Assembly (NCBI GenBank): GCA_963743115.1
Contig: CAVUOM010000004.1
Coordinates: forward strand, 73,170 to 137,169
DNA length: 64,000 nucleotides
Source of the DNA: an uncultured Acidobacteriaceae bacterium
Lineage (GTDB): Bacteria > Acidobacteriota > Terriglobia > Terriglobales > Acidobacteriaceae
Direction of reading: 5' to 3'
This document shows, in pieces, positions 9,179 to 20,937 of the stretch (the first letter of the stretch is position 1; every line of letters starts with the position of its first letter). The translations under genes were made by a program, and so were the position numbers. The notes below the pieces were generated by a model. That model searched no databases. It saw only the letters and a list, made by a program, of their open reading frames with translations, and was not told where the DNA came from.

Positions 9179-9477
9179 GCGTTTGCACCTCGGCCGTTGC
9201 AGTTACATCCTTGACACTTGACAGGCGCGGGGCTTGGGGTTCCGAATCGTGTTCGGGAAGAATTTGTGCGCGAAGATTTCCGTCACGACGAAAAAATTTT
9301 GTGCTACCATTCCGCACGGTCGAGTTTGAAAATCTCATTCGTCATCGGCAACCGCGCACGACACAAGTGGCGCATTCCGCAGTACACTAAGAGTTCCATC
9401 GGCGAGTAGGTAAACAGCAGTTTTAGACAGGCGCCCTCAGCCAGCCGCCGGGACGCCGCGGCGGGTATTTCATAATT

Positions 9478-10857
9478 ATGTCAGCTCAGAGCACACCGCT
9501 TTCCCCCAATCCGTGGACGCGTATTCTGGACGCGCTGGAAAAGAAGATCAACCGGCACTCTTATGACACTTGGTTGAAACCGACGCGCTACAGCCATTCC
9601 AGTGGCGGAGTTTTGTTTGTGCGGGTACCGACGGCGGAGTTCCGGCACGCCGGCGACAAATACGCGGACCTGATCCAGGAAGCGATCGACAATCTGGGGC
9701 TGGAGTTCAACGACGTGAAGTTTGTGACGCCGGAGGACGATCCAGCAGCAACGGCGGTACGTCACAATGGCGGACTGTCGGCGGGTCCGGTTCCGGTCGG
9801 AGGGGCCCCGGCGCAGGCGCGGTTCGACTGGGATGGCGCGGCGCAACTGAACCCGCGCTACACGTTTGACGCATTCGTGATCGGCAGCGGAAATCAATTC
9901 GCGCATGCCGCGTGCCAGGCGGTCGCGGAACGCCCTTCAAAAGCTTACAACCCGCTGTTCCTGTATGGCGGCGTCGGCATGGGCAAGACGCATCTGATGC
10001 AGGCCATTGGGCACGAAGTAAAGCGGCGACAGCCGCAGGCGGCTATTTGCTATGTGTCGAGCGAGAAGTTCACCAACGACATGATCAACTCGCTGCGCTA
10101 TGACAAAATGACGTCGTTCCGCGACAAGTTCCGCAGTGTGGACGTGCTGCTGATCGATGACATTCAATTCCTGACGGGCAAGGAGCGAACACAGGAAGAA
10201 TTTTTCCACACCTTCAACGCACTGCACGACACGATGAAGCAGATCGTGATCGCGAGCGACCGCTCGCCGAAGGAACTCGCGGAAATTGAAGACCGGCTGC
10301 GCAGCCGCTTTGAGTGGGGACTGATCGCCGACATTCAGCCGCCTGATCTGGAGACTAAAGTAGCAATCCTGCAAAAAAAGGCGGAACAGGAGAAAGTGAC
10401 GCTCCCGACCGATGTGGCGCTGTATGTGGCGCAGAATATCCGGTCGAATGTGCGCGAGTTGGAAGGGGCGTTGATCCGGCTGGTGGCACATTCGTCGCTG
10501 ATTGGGGCGGAGATCACCTTGCCCTACGCGCAGCAGGTGCTGAAGAACTTTATTGATTCGCAGGCGCGCAAGGTCACGATTGAGTCGATCCAGAAGATGG
10601 TGGCCGAGCAGTTTGGGCTGCGGTTGGTCGAGATCAAAGCGAAAGATAATTCGCGGGCGATTGTTTATCCGCGGCAGATTGCCATGTATCTGGCAAAACA
10701 TATGACGGAGGCTTCGCTGCCGGAAATCGGGCGGCAGTTTGGCGGAAAACATCACACGACCGTCCTGCACTCTGTCGAGAAGATTGAAGAAGCTCGCAAG
10801 AACGACAAAGATTTGAACAGGCTGCTCAATAAATTAACCGAGCAATTGGGCGGATAA
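9478..10857 (+). CDS. dnaA: Chromosomal replication initiator protein DnaA
   Basis: 459 aa. Walker A GGVGMGKTHL, box VII/sensor region ...NVRELEGALIRL, C-terminal DNA-binding domain ...IAMYLAKHMTEASLPEIGRQFGGKHHTTVLHS. Confidence 0.97.
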   Translation: MSAQSTPLSPNPWTRILDALEKKINRHSYDTWLKPTRYSHSSGGVLFVRVPTAEFRHAGDKYADLIQEAIDNLGLEFNDVKFVTPEDDPAATAVRHNGGLSAGPVPVGGAPAQARFDWDGAAQLNPRYTFDAFVIGSGNQFAHAACQAVAERPSKAYNPLFLYGGVGMGKTHLMQAIGHEVKRRQPQAAICYVSSEKFTNDMINSLRYDKMTSFRDKFRSVDVLLIDDIQFLTGKERTQEEFFHTFNALHDTMKQIVIASDRSPKELAEIEDRLRSRFEWGLIADIQPPDLETKVAILQKKAEQEKVTLPTDVALYVAQNIRSNVRELEGALIRLVAHSSLIGAEITLPYAQQVLKNFIDSQARKVTIESIQKMVAEQFGLRLVEIKAKDNSRAIVYPRQIAMYLAKHMTEASLPEIGRQFGGKHHTTVLHSVEKIEEARKNDKDLNRLLNKLTEQLGG

Positions 10858-10899
10858 GCGGCAGTTTTTTTGGTTTTGCACCGAATCGATCAGTCTTCC

Positions 10900-11140
10900 T
10901 TCTTGTGAACTGTGAACGAGATGTGGATACTGTGCAACGGCTGGGGGAAATGAGAAAAGTGGGGATCTTGTTGTAGGGTCTCCGCCAGGTTCGGGACCGA
11001 TTTCTCACACGAAGGGACGCTCCCCAAGGTGGTGACAATAGGTCAGTTCTCAAAGTTTTCCACTTCTGCGAAGCACTTACTGTTACTGCTGGTTTTATAG
11101 GTTTTGTATTTGATATAAGGGAAGTAATAAAAGTAGCACG
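10900..11140. other. Candidate oriC segment in the dnaA-dnaN spacer
   Basis: TGTGGATAC at 10922-10930 (reverse complement matches TTATCCACA at 8 of 9). It is flanked by TGTGAAC TGTGAAC and TGTGCAAC. TTTTCCACT lies at 11056-11064. AT-rich tract about 11092-11135 (GGTTTTATAGGTTTTGTATTTGATATAAGGGAAGTAATAAAAG). Confidence 0.4.
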
Positions 11141-11205
11141 CGGCAGGGGAGACAAAGTATATGCCGGTGGAAGCGGTGGAAGCAGTAGGGGCGGCGGTGG
11201 GTACG

Positions 11206-12321
11206 ATGGAGATCACGGTCGGCAAGGTTGAATTGCTGCGGGAATTGACGGCAACGCAGGGCGTAGTCGAGCGCAAGACCACCATCCCCATTCTTTCCAA
11301 TTATTTATTTGAGGCAGCGGCTGGAAAGCTGTCGCTGACCGCGACTGACCTGGATCTTAGCCTGCGGACTTCGTGCAATGCCAAGGTGAAGAAAGAAGGA
11401 TCGTGCACGATCCCGGCGCGCAAGCTGCATGACTACGTCAAACTTTTGCCGGACGCTGATATCACGATCAAGCTTCTCGAAAATCATTGGGTCAGTATTC
11501 GCTGCGGCAGATCCAACACAAAGATGGTGGGGATGGCGAAGTCGAATTTCCCCAGCTTGCCGGTGTTTCCTACAGCTGGGGTAGTGAAGATTCCAGGGCA
11601 GGTATTGCGTGGTTTAATTGCGCGCACCGGGTTTGCGATATCCAGTGAAGAGTCGCGCTACACGCTGAACGGCGCGTTGATGCTGCTGAAGCCGGAGTCG
11701 ATCACCATGGTGGCGACCGATGGGCATCGTTTGGCGCACTGCGAGCGCAGCGGAGAGAAGTTTGAAGGCGTTTCGGGTGAGATGAAGACGCTGGTGCCGA
11801 AGAAGTGCATGGACGAATTGAAGTCACTGCTGGATTCGACCGACGCGGAGACCGTCGAGTTTGCCAAGGATGAGTCGACTTTATTTTTCCGCATTGGATC
11901 GCGGCTGCTAACCTCGCGGCAGCTTACAGGACAATTTCCAAACTTTGAGGCGGTTCTGCCCAAGGACAATAACAAGAGCATTACGCTGAACAACTCGGAT
12001 TTAAATTCGGCGATCCTGCGCGTGGCGCAGTTTGCCGACGAGCGTTCGCGGGCGGTGCGGCTGAAGCTCGAAAAAGGCGAGGTAAAGATTTCGGCCTCGT
12101 CGACCGAAGCGGGCGAGTCGGAGGATTCGATTGAGGCTCCGTATGACGGCGAGACTCTGACGATCGGCTTCAATGCGGTGTACCTGGTGGATTTTTTGAA
12201 AGCAGCTGGAACCGACGATGTGCGGCTGGAGTTGAAGGATTCGCAATCGGCGGGGCAGTTGCGACCGGCCGAGGGCGATGATTATAAGTACCGGTATATT
12301 GTTATGCCAATGCGCATCTGA
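11206..12321 (+). CDS. dnaN: DNA polymerase III beta sliding clamp
   Basis: Start taken at MEITVGKVELLRELTATQGVVERKTTIPILSNYLFEA (internal ATG of ORF 11161..12321). Three-domain length (371 aa). Ends ...YRYIVMPMRI. Confidence 0.93.
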   Translation: MEITVGKVELLRELTATQGVVERKTTIPILSNYLFEAAAGKLSLTATDLDLSLRTSCNAKVKKEGSCTIPARKLHDYVKLLPDADITIKLLENHWVSIRCGRSNTKMVGMAKSNFPSLPVFPTAGVVKIPGQVLRGLIARTGFAISSEESRYTLNGALMLLKPESITMVATDGHRLAHCERSGEKFEGVSGEMKTLVPKKCMDELKSLLDSTDAETVEFAKDESTLFFRIGSRLLTSRQLTGQFPNFEAVLPKDNNKSITLNNSDLNSAILRVAQFADERSRAVRLKLEKGEVKISASSTEAGESEDSIEAPYDGETLTIGFNAVYLVDFLKAAGTDDVRLELKDSQSAGQLRPAEGDDYKYRYIVMPMRI

Positions 12322-12434
12322 GCGTTCCTGCTTTTTGCGAATTGTATTTTCCCAGATAGCCCAAGTGTCCCGCTGGGCTTGACCTTCGAGCCATCCTGTC
12401 ATACATTTGCCACCAATCTGTTTTGGAGGTATCT

Positions 12435-12851
12435 ATGCTCGACGGATTCAAGAAGTTCATCCTGCGGGGCAATGTGGTCGACATGGCGGTGGGCGTGGTG
12501 ATTGGCGCGGCTTTTGGCGGGGTGGTCACGGCGCTGACCAAAGATCTGTTGACGCCGCTGATCGCGGCCGTGGTGGGCAAGCCGGATTTTTCTTACCTGG
12601 GATTCTCGATTGGGACCACGCACTTTCCGGTCGGCGAGTTCATCAATGCCTGCGTGTCGTTTTTCCTGATTGCGGCGGCGATTTATTTCTTTGTGGTGAC
12701 GCCGGTGAATGCGCTGGTGGCGCGGATGAATCGGGGAGAGAAGCCGCCTGATCCGACGACGAAAAAGTGTCCGGAGTGTTTGAGCGAGATTCCTATTGAG
12801 GCGCGGCGGTGTTCGCACTGCACGCAGCCGGTGTTGGGGCGTGCAGCGTAG
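12435..12851 (+). CDS. mscL: Large-conductance mechanosensitive channel MscL with a C-terminal CxxC...CxxC zinc-ribbon tail
   Basis: MLDGFKKFILRGNVVDMAVGVVIGAAFGGVV is the MscL TM1 signature. The tail is ...KKCPECLSEIPIEARRCSHCTQPV. Confidence 0.9.
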   Translation: MLDGFKKFILRGNVVDMAVGVVIGAAFGGVVTALTKDLLTPLIAAVVGKPDFSYLGFSIGTTHFPVGEFINACVSFFLIAAAIYFFVVTPVNALVARMNRGEKPPDPTTKKCPECLSEIPIEARRCSHCTQPVLGRAA

Positions 12852-12898
12852 GCAGCCGAGCTGCGCCATGTGGGCGGCATGTCGGATAACATGGCAGT

Positions 12899-13600
12899 AT
12901 GAGTTTCCGCCGGATCCTTAGCGGTTACGTTTGTTGTTGTGTAGCAACCTTGCTGGCGCCGTCGTCGCTTCGGGCGCAGGCGACTGCGCAGCCTTCCTCG
13001 TCGTCCTCGTCGTCATCTTCTTCTCCCTCATCGAAACCGGCCAGAAAGCCTGCGTCCGGAGGTCTTCCGCTGGATTCAGGAGCGGTAAGTAATAACATCT
13101 ACCGCAATCCCTCGTTTGGATTCACCTGCAAGATTCCGGCTGCGTTCGTGTTGCGCACCGATGAGATGAATGCACGGCGGGGAAAAGAGGCCACCGCCGA
13201 TGCTAATAAAGCCGGGCGCGTGCTGCTGGCGGCGTTTTCGCGGCCTCCGGAGGCTCGGGCGGAGGACATCAATTCTTCGATTCTGATTGCAGCGGAGAGT
13301 GCGGCGGCTTATCCCGGGTTGAAGGATGCGGCGCAGTATTTTGGACCCGTGACCGAAGTGGCGCAGGCTCAGGGTTTCGAGGTGGTCGAAGAGCCTTATG
13401 AGTTTGTGATTGGGACTAAGAAGGTGGTCCGGGGAGATTTTCAGAAGGATGTGGGGTCGCGGGTGATGCGGCAATCGACAGTAGTGATGCTGGCGCGGGG
13501 GTATGCCGTTTCGTTTACGTTTATTGGCGGGACGGAGGATGAGGTGGAGGAGTTGGTGGGGGGATTGAGTTTTGGGGCGGGCAGGAGAGCGGCTAAATGA
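12899..13600 (+). CDS. Hypothetical secreted protein with a poly-Ser linker
   Basis: Signal peptide CCCVATLLAPSSLRAQA, then a run SSSSSSSSSSPSS. No family recognised. Confidence 0.55.
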   Translation: MSFRRILSGYVCCCVATLLAPSSLRAQATAQPSSSSSSSSSSPSSKPARKPASGGLPLDSGAVSNNIYRNPSFGFTCKIPAAFVLRTDEMNARRGKEATADANKAGRVLLAAFSRPPEARAEDINSSILIAAESAAAYPGLKDAAQYFGPVTEVAQAQGFEVVEEPYEFVIGTKKVVRGDFQKDVGSRVMRQSTVVMLARGYAVSFTFIGGTEDEVEELVGGLSFGAGRRAAK

Positions 13601-13628
13601 TGTGCAGGCTGTCGTTGGAAAGCGCCTT

Positions 13629-13683
13629 GTCATTCCGAGCGAAGTCCGGAGCGAATGCGACGGCAAGTCGAGGAACCCGCTTC
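13629..13683. repeat. Family-A variant repeat, inverted orientation (GTCATTCCGAGCGAAG…)
   Basis: GTCATTCCGAGCGAAGTCCGGAGCGAATGCGACGGCAAGTCGAGGAACCCGCTTC, lying between convergent genes. Confidence 0.7.
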
Positions 13684-13719
13684 TAGCATCCGCGATCGCG
13701 AGCCTTACAGCCAGAGAGG

Positions 13720-14175
13720 TTAGTCCAAGGGTTCGGGCTCGAGGGCGATGTTGGTTTCACCGGCGGCTTTTTTCTGCGCGTATTTCTTCATCCAGGCTTC
13801 CCAGCTTTTGCCGGCGGCTGTGTCGCGTCCGGTGAAGGCTAAGGCCGCGATCTCGGCGTATGGGATGGAGATTTTTTCGTTAGCGTTTTTCGGGAAGAGC
13901 CGGACTACGGAATCTTTGAGCGTAGCGCCGGTGCGGCGGTCGAAGAGGTAGCCTTCGATTCTCGATCCGTCTTTGCGCGTGATGGTCACGTCGCCGCGGT
14001 AGTCGAAGGCCTTTTCTAGTGCTACGCGGATTTCTTCTTCCGTGGCTAGTTGGGGGATCCAGCCTTCGAGCTTTTCGTGGGCGGTACCGGGAGCGACTTC
14101 CAGAGTGTCAGGGTTGGCGTGAGGCACGGCTTGGGCGGCTTCGTGATCGATGTGGCCGGATTCTTTGCCTGTCAT
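13720..14175 (-). CDS. Hypothetical protein closely following hpnH (17-nt gap)
   Basis: ATG 14175 lies 17 nt after the hpnH stop. MTGKESGHIDHEAAQ...EEEIRVALEKAFDYRGDVTITRKDGSRIEGYLFDRR...IPYAEIAALAFTGRDTAAGKSWEAWMKKY. No family recognised. Confidence 0.6.
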   Translation of the reverse strand: MTGKESGHIDHEAAQAVPHANPDTLEVAPGTAHEKLEGWIPQLATEEEIRVALEKAFDYRGDVTITRKDGSRIEGYLFDRRTGATLKDSVVRLFPKNANEKISIPYAEIAALAFTGRDTAAGKSWEAWMKKYAQKKAAGETNIALEPEPLD

Positions 14176-14191
14176 AGCCTCTATGTGAACA

Positions 14192-15307
14192 TCACGCGCG
14201 GGTTTCTTGCAGAGAATCGTTGGTGGCGATCTGCACCAGCGGATGCACCGGGGCTTGCGGTTCGTCCAGCAAGCGCAGCGCTTCTTCATCGCGGTAGCCG
14301 TCGAACAGCGTGGCTTTTACCGTGGCCAGGAATCCTTCGAGCGAACTGAAGGTGGCGTTCACCGCAGAGGCTTCGTAGCCGCTGTGGACCATGCAATTGG
14401 CGCAGGCCGGGTTGCCGGATTCGGTGCCGTAGTTGCTCCAGTTCGTGGTCGAGAGCAGCTCGGCGAAGGTTTCAGCGTAGCCGTCCTGGAGCAGGTAGCA
14501 GGGTTTCTGCCATCCGAAAACGTTGTAGGTGGGCATGCCCCACGGAGTGCAGGGGTAGGTACGCTTGCCCATCAGAAATTCCAAAAAGAGAGGTGACAGA
14601 TTGAAGCGCCAATTCTTTTTACGGTTCGACAAGATTGCGCGGAACATGCGGCGGGTGCGGGCGCGGCCGAGAAAGTGTTTCTGGTCCGGAGCTTTGTCGT
14701 AGGAATAGCCGGGCGAGAGCATCATGCCTTCGAGGCCCAGCTCCATCATGTCGTCGAAGAAAGCGCGGACACTCTTTGGGTCGGCTCCGTCGAACAGCGT
14801 GGTGTTGGTGGTGACGCGGAAGCCGCGGCTCAGGGCTTCTTTGATCGCATCTACGGCGATGTCGTAGCCGCCTTCGCGGCAGACTGCGAGATCGTGTTCT
14901 TCGCGCTGGCCGTCGAGGTGGACGCTGAATGTGAGGTATTTACTTGGCTTGAAGAGATTCAGCTTTTCTTTCAGAAGAAGAGCGTTGGTGCAGAGGTAAA
15001 TGTATTTCTTGCGCGCCACCAGGCCTTCGACAATCTCGGCGATCTGGGGATGCATGAGCGGTTCGCCGCCGGGGATGGAGACCATGGGGGCCCCGCATTC
15101 GTCGACCGCGCGGAAGCATTCTTCCGGAGAAAGATCTTTTTTCAGGATGTGGGCGGGGTACTGGATCTTGCCGCATCCGGCGCAGGCCAAGTTGCAGCGG
15201 AACAGAGGCTCGAGCATGAGCACGAGCGGGTACTGCTTGCGGCCGGCTAATTTCTGCCGCAGGACGTAGGACGAAACGGTCCACATCTGTGAAACGGGAA
15301 CTGGCAT
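14192..15307 (-). CDS. hpnH: Hopanoid-biosynthesis radical SAM protein HpnH (adenosylhopane synthase)
   Basis: ...[26 protein letters not shown] (CxxxCxxC) with the extended N- and C-terminal similarity typical of HpnH (...GWQKPCYLL...[14 protein letters not shown]). Confidence 0.85.
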   Translation of the reverse strand: MPVPVSQMWTVSSYVLRQKLAGRKQYPLVLMLEPLFRCNLACAGCGKIQYPAHILKKDLSPEECFRAVDECGAPMVSIPGGEPLMHPQIAEIVEGLVARKKYIYLCTNALLLKEKLNLFKPSKYLTFSVHLDGQREEHDLAVCREGGYDIAVDAIKEALSRGFRVTTNTTLFDGADPKSVRAFFDDMMELGLEGMMLSPGYSYDKAPDQKHFLGRARTRRMFRAILSNRKKNWRFNLSPLFLEFLMGKRTYPCTPWGMPTYNVFGWQKPCYLLQDGYAETFAELLSTTNWSNYGTESGNPACANCMVHSGYEASAVNATFSSLEGFLATVKATLFDGYRDEEALRLLDEPQAPVHPLVQIATNDSLQETRA

Positions 15308-15509
15308 TATGAGTTAAAGACTCCGGTGCGTCTATCTTATCAGGGTCGGGAACTTAGATGGCGCAGAACCGGGTCGAGGTGCCGGAAAATAAAACCTTAT
15401 GGATGCGAGTTTCTTGGCTTTTCTGGCGGCTGTCTGGCAGGTCATCAGAAAGCCTGCAAAACAGGCTCAAAACGGGACGTTTACTGGGCCGATTCGGGGC
15501 TTGGCGGGG

Positions 15510-15538
15510 TCGAAAAAACGGGGGTTTCGTGGTATAAT
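15510..15538 (+). promoter_or_regulatory. Sigma70-like promoter with extended -10, upstream of gyrB
   Basis: TCGAAA, 17-nt spacer, tgG-TATAAT (15533-15538). It lies about 165 nt upstream of the gyrB ATG. Confidence 0.45.
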
Positions 15539-15543
15539 TTTGA

Positions 15544-18348
<2,805 letters not shown>

Positions 18349-18469
18349 GAATTCTTTCGCCACGGATTTGCGCGGATTCACACGGATCAAAAACGAAGGC
18401 GGCCTTCCCGGGCCCCCTTTTTCTATTCGTTCGTCAGTACAAATCCAAGCTGGGGGCTCCGCGCGCCCG

Positions 18470-19147
18470 CTAACAGCTTCCGCTGACTGATTGGCCACAG
18501 ACTGTTCCGCTGACTGTGCAGCTCAGTGAAGAATTTATGGTGTAGGTTGCGTTGACCTGACAGCTTCCGGAGGGATTGGGGCCGTAGGAGATGCCTCCGG
18601 TTTCGGTGAAGGTTATGGGAAAGACCGGGGTTTCATCGTTGGTGAAGTTTATTTGGCCACCGACGTCGATGCTTGGATCGCCATTCAGGATGAGGTTGGA
18701 GACGGAACAATTGGCCGGAGTTATGGCGAGTTGGGTACTCAGAGAGCCGCTGCCACTATTGTTCAATGTGCCGTCGACGTCGCCGGCGACGGAGATGGTC
18801 CCGCCTTGAGGGCCGCTGCAGGGGTAGTTCGTCAAGGAGATGGGGATATTGCAGTTTTCGCCGCTCGAGGTGGAAGTGCATCCCGGCAGGGCGTCTGGGC
18901 GAAGGTTGCTCACCACAGTTGAAAGGCTGGGACGGGCGTCGCTGGTCGCGGGGGATGCGGTCGCGGGAACTGCCGCACCTAGAGCTTGCTCGATAGCCTG
19001 TGAGACTTGTTGTGCCACCGCCTGGGCCTGGGTTTGCGACATGTTGCTGTTCATGGAGCTGTTGCTGCCGCAGCCGACGCAGAGAGTCAATAGCAGGGCA
19101 GCTGGGACGATCAGGCATAGAGATCTAGTTCTCTTGAATTGAAACAT
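18470..19147 (-). CDS. Secreted/lipoprotein-like Cys-rich hypothetical protein
   Basis: ATG 19147 (MFQFKRTRSLCLIVPAALLLTLCVGCGSNSS). The mature part is Ser/Gly/Thr-rich and contains eight further Cys. Confidence 0.55.
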   Translation of the reverse strand: MFQFKRTRSLCLIVPAALLLTLCVGCGSNSSMNSNMSQTQAQAVAQQVSQAIEQALGAAVPATASPATSDARPSLSTVVSNLRPDALPGCTSTSSGENCNIPISLTNYPCSGPQGGTISVAGDVDGTLNNSGSGSLSTQLAITPANCSVSNLILNGDPSIDVGGQINFTNDETPVFPITFTETGGISYGPNPSGSCQVNATYTINSSLSCTVSGTVCGQSVSGSC

Positions 19148-19292
19148 GGGTAACTCCCTCAGTGGCGAAGGTATGTGGTGGCTCAGGCTTGGTGGTTGAT
19201 TCACGGGCACGAATCTCCTCCCAGCCTCGAAAACAGCACTATTTTATGCCTATTCGGTTCGTTAGATTGTAAAAATTCCAATCGGGGATGCC

Positions 19293-19358
19293 GGGCTCGC
19301 TTCGCTTGCTGGGCCCTTCGGCGTCGCTCAGGGCGGGCTCGCGAATGCGCCCGTCCCC
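19293..19358. repeat. Family-B intergenic repeat (…CCCTTCGGCGTCGCTCAGGGCGGGCTCGCG…)
   Basis: GGGCTCGCTTCGCTTGCTGGGCCCTTCGGCGTCGCTCAGGGCGGGCTCGCGAATGCGCCCGTCCCC. Compare the copies at 27396 and 55224. Confidence 0.75.
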
Positions 19359-19386
19359 TTAAATATTTTTTGGTTCGCGGTCGTTA

Positions 19387-19806
19387 TCAGGGTCTTACGG
19401 ATGGCTTGCGAAGTAGCGAGGCGGCGGTTCCGAGGGCCAGCAGTGTGATCAACGAGATATCGCCGAGGGAGATTACACAGTAGATGCACCAGACGCCGAG
19501 GACGTGGGCTTCGATGCGGGCGAGGTAGAGCGAGAAGGCTAGTCCGATCAGGGCTGCGGCTAATAGCAGGCGGTAGGCGCGGCGCAGGGCTAGGACGCCG
19601 ATGAGGAGATATCCGGCGATGCCGAGGATGGCGACGGGAATTCCGGTGCCTTGTACGACGGCGTAAGGGCTCTTATTGACGATGCCGCAGTCCCAGCGCT
19701 CGTTGATGCTGCACGGGGAGTCGCCTTCGGTGCGGTAATGCTCGCGGAGGGCGAGGGCGGAGACGACGATGCCGAGGACGGCGAGTACGACGAGGATATA
19801 TTTCAT
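19387..19806 (-). CDS. Vitamin K epoxide reductase (VKOR) family membrane protein
   Basis: ATG 19806. MKYILVVLAVLGIVVSALALREHY...SPCSINERWDCGIV...GVWCIYCVIS shows the loop Cys pair plus the CxxC of VKOR. Confidence 0.8.
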   Translation of the reverse strand: MKYILVVLAVLGIVVSALALREHYRTEGDSPCSINERWDCGIVNKSPYAVVQGTGIPVAILGIAGYLLIGVLALRRAYRLLLAAALIGLAFSLYLARIEAHVLGVWCIYCVISLGDISLITLLALGTAASLLRKPSVRP

Positions 19807-19861
19807 GTGCGGATCCTCATAGGGAAGCGAGCCAAACGCGCGAGTATTGCGTCGCAAAAAA

Positions 19862-19918
19862 CGCGCGGCTCGCCCAGATTCCTCGCTGCGCAAAAAGCGC
19901 TTGCTCGGAATGACAACC
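19862..19918. repeat. Family-A variant repeat
   Basis: See 9095..9178 (51 of 56 identical). Confidence 0.8.
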
Positions 19919-19949
19919 AAAACCGGCTCCTCCCAATCTTCTCATACGG

Positions 19950-20885
19950 TCAACTTGCGGTGTGGGCGGCGGCGATGTCCTGGAGCAGGTCGGAGGCTTG
20001 CCAGTCGGCACCGTGGTACCAGCGGTAAATCTTTCCGTCGGGCGAGATGACGGCGGTGCTGAGGGAATGTGTGATCAGGCCGCCATCTTCGCTGTAAGTG
20101 AGGGCGAAATAGTCGGCGAAATCCTTCAGCTCGGGTTGGGGAATTGCGGAAAACTCCCAGTGCTTGAACAGGGCGGGGTCTTTGGTGGCGGCGCAGGAGA
20201 AGCCGTAGGCGCGCAGAACCTTAGGCGTGTCGTGGGCAGGGTCGAAGCTGATGCTGAGCAGGTGAGTCTTGCCGTAGTGCGAGGGATCGGCGCGGACCTG
20301 GCGATCGATGGCGGCGAACTCGTGGCTGACGCGGGGGCAGAAATCGGGGAACGGGCAACGGGTGTAGATGAGAGTCAGAAGCAAGGTCTCGCCACGGTAT
20401 TGATGCAGCGACGTGTGTTGGCCGTTTTGGTTGACGAGTTTGAAGTCGGGTATCTGGTCTCCGGGAGACGGGATGTGGATGCTTGATGTGGGCTTGTCCG
20501 CTGGGGTTTGTGAATGGCTGACGACTTTGACGTTCTCGAGCCAGTAGGTGTTGTCGGGCTGGACATTGTCAGGTTTTACGACGACGTCGGCGGTGATGGT
20601 GTCGCCGGGCTGGAGCTGATCGAGCGCGGAGGCGGGCTTGATGGTGTAGGGCATGACCATGGGGTCCATGAAGCCGGGGATGGGTTCGTTGTCGATGTTG
20701 GCGGTTCGGGCGTTCTTGTCGACGGACATGACTTTGCCTTTGAAGGCATAACGCTTGGCGCCGGATTGAGCGTTTGTTGCGCCCGGCTGCGAAGGTCCAC
20801 GATTGCAGGCCGCGGACAAGACGAGCAGGACGCACAGGCAGAAGAGTGCAACACGAGGCATGGGCGAATTCAGACTCAAGGGCAT
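19950..20885 (-). CDS. Fusion of a CusF-like metal-binding domain and an SCO1/SenC thioredoxin-fold domain, secreted
   Basis: ATG 20885 (alternative 20861). Signal/lipoprotein-like LLVLSAACN. YAFKGKVMSVDKNARTANIDNEPIPGFMDPMVMPYTIKP...GDTITADVVV has a CusF-like layout. IPDFKLVNQNGQHTSLHQYRGETLLLTLIYTRCPFPDFCPRV...ISFDPAHDTP is SCO-like, with Cys-x5-Cys. Confidence 0.7.
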   Translation of the reverse strand: MPLSLNSPMPRVALFCLCVLLVLSAACNRGPSQPGATNAQSGAKRYAFKGKVMSVDKNARTANIDNEPIPGFMDPMVMPYTIKPASALDQLQPGDTITADVVVKPDNVQPDNTYWLENVKVVSHSQTPADKPTSSIHIPSPGDQIPDFKLVNQNGQHTSLHQYRGETLLLTLIYTRCPFPDFCPRVSHEFAAIDRQVRADPSHYGKTHLLSISFDPAHDTPKVLRAYGFSCAATKDPALFKHWEFSAIPQPELKDFADYFALTYSEDGGLITHSLSTAVISPDGKIYRWYHGADWQASDLLQDIAAAHTAS

Positions 20886-20937
20886 GGGCAATCTCTCTTC
20901 TCTCCAATCATATCTGCGGATTTCATGGCTTGCAGCT

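Noticed and set aside
9205-9225. Two adjacent TTGACA hexamers upstream of dnaA as a promoter
   Set aside because: I could not find a plausible -10 hexamer 16-19 nt downstream of either copy, so I make no promoter call.
9937-10770. 277-aa minus-strand ORF
   Set aside because: It is antisense to dnaA and is a shadow ORF.
18349-18469. Possible bidirectional terminator between gyrB and the lipoprotein gene (GAAGG-cgg-CCTTC, GGGCCC)
   Set aside because: The stems are only 5-6 bp with ambiguous U-tracts. The region also contains a CACGGATT-type short motif, so the evidence is too weak to annotate.
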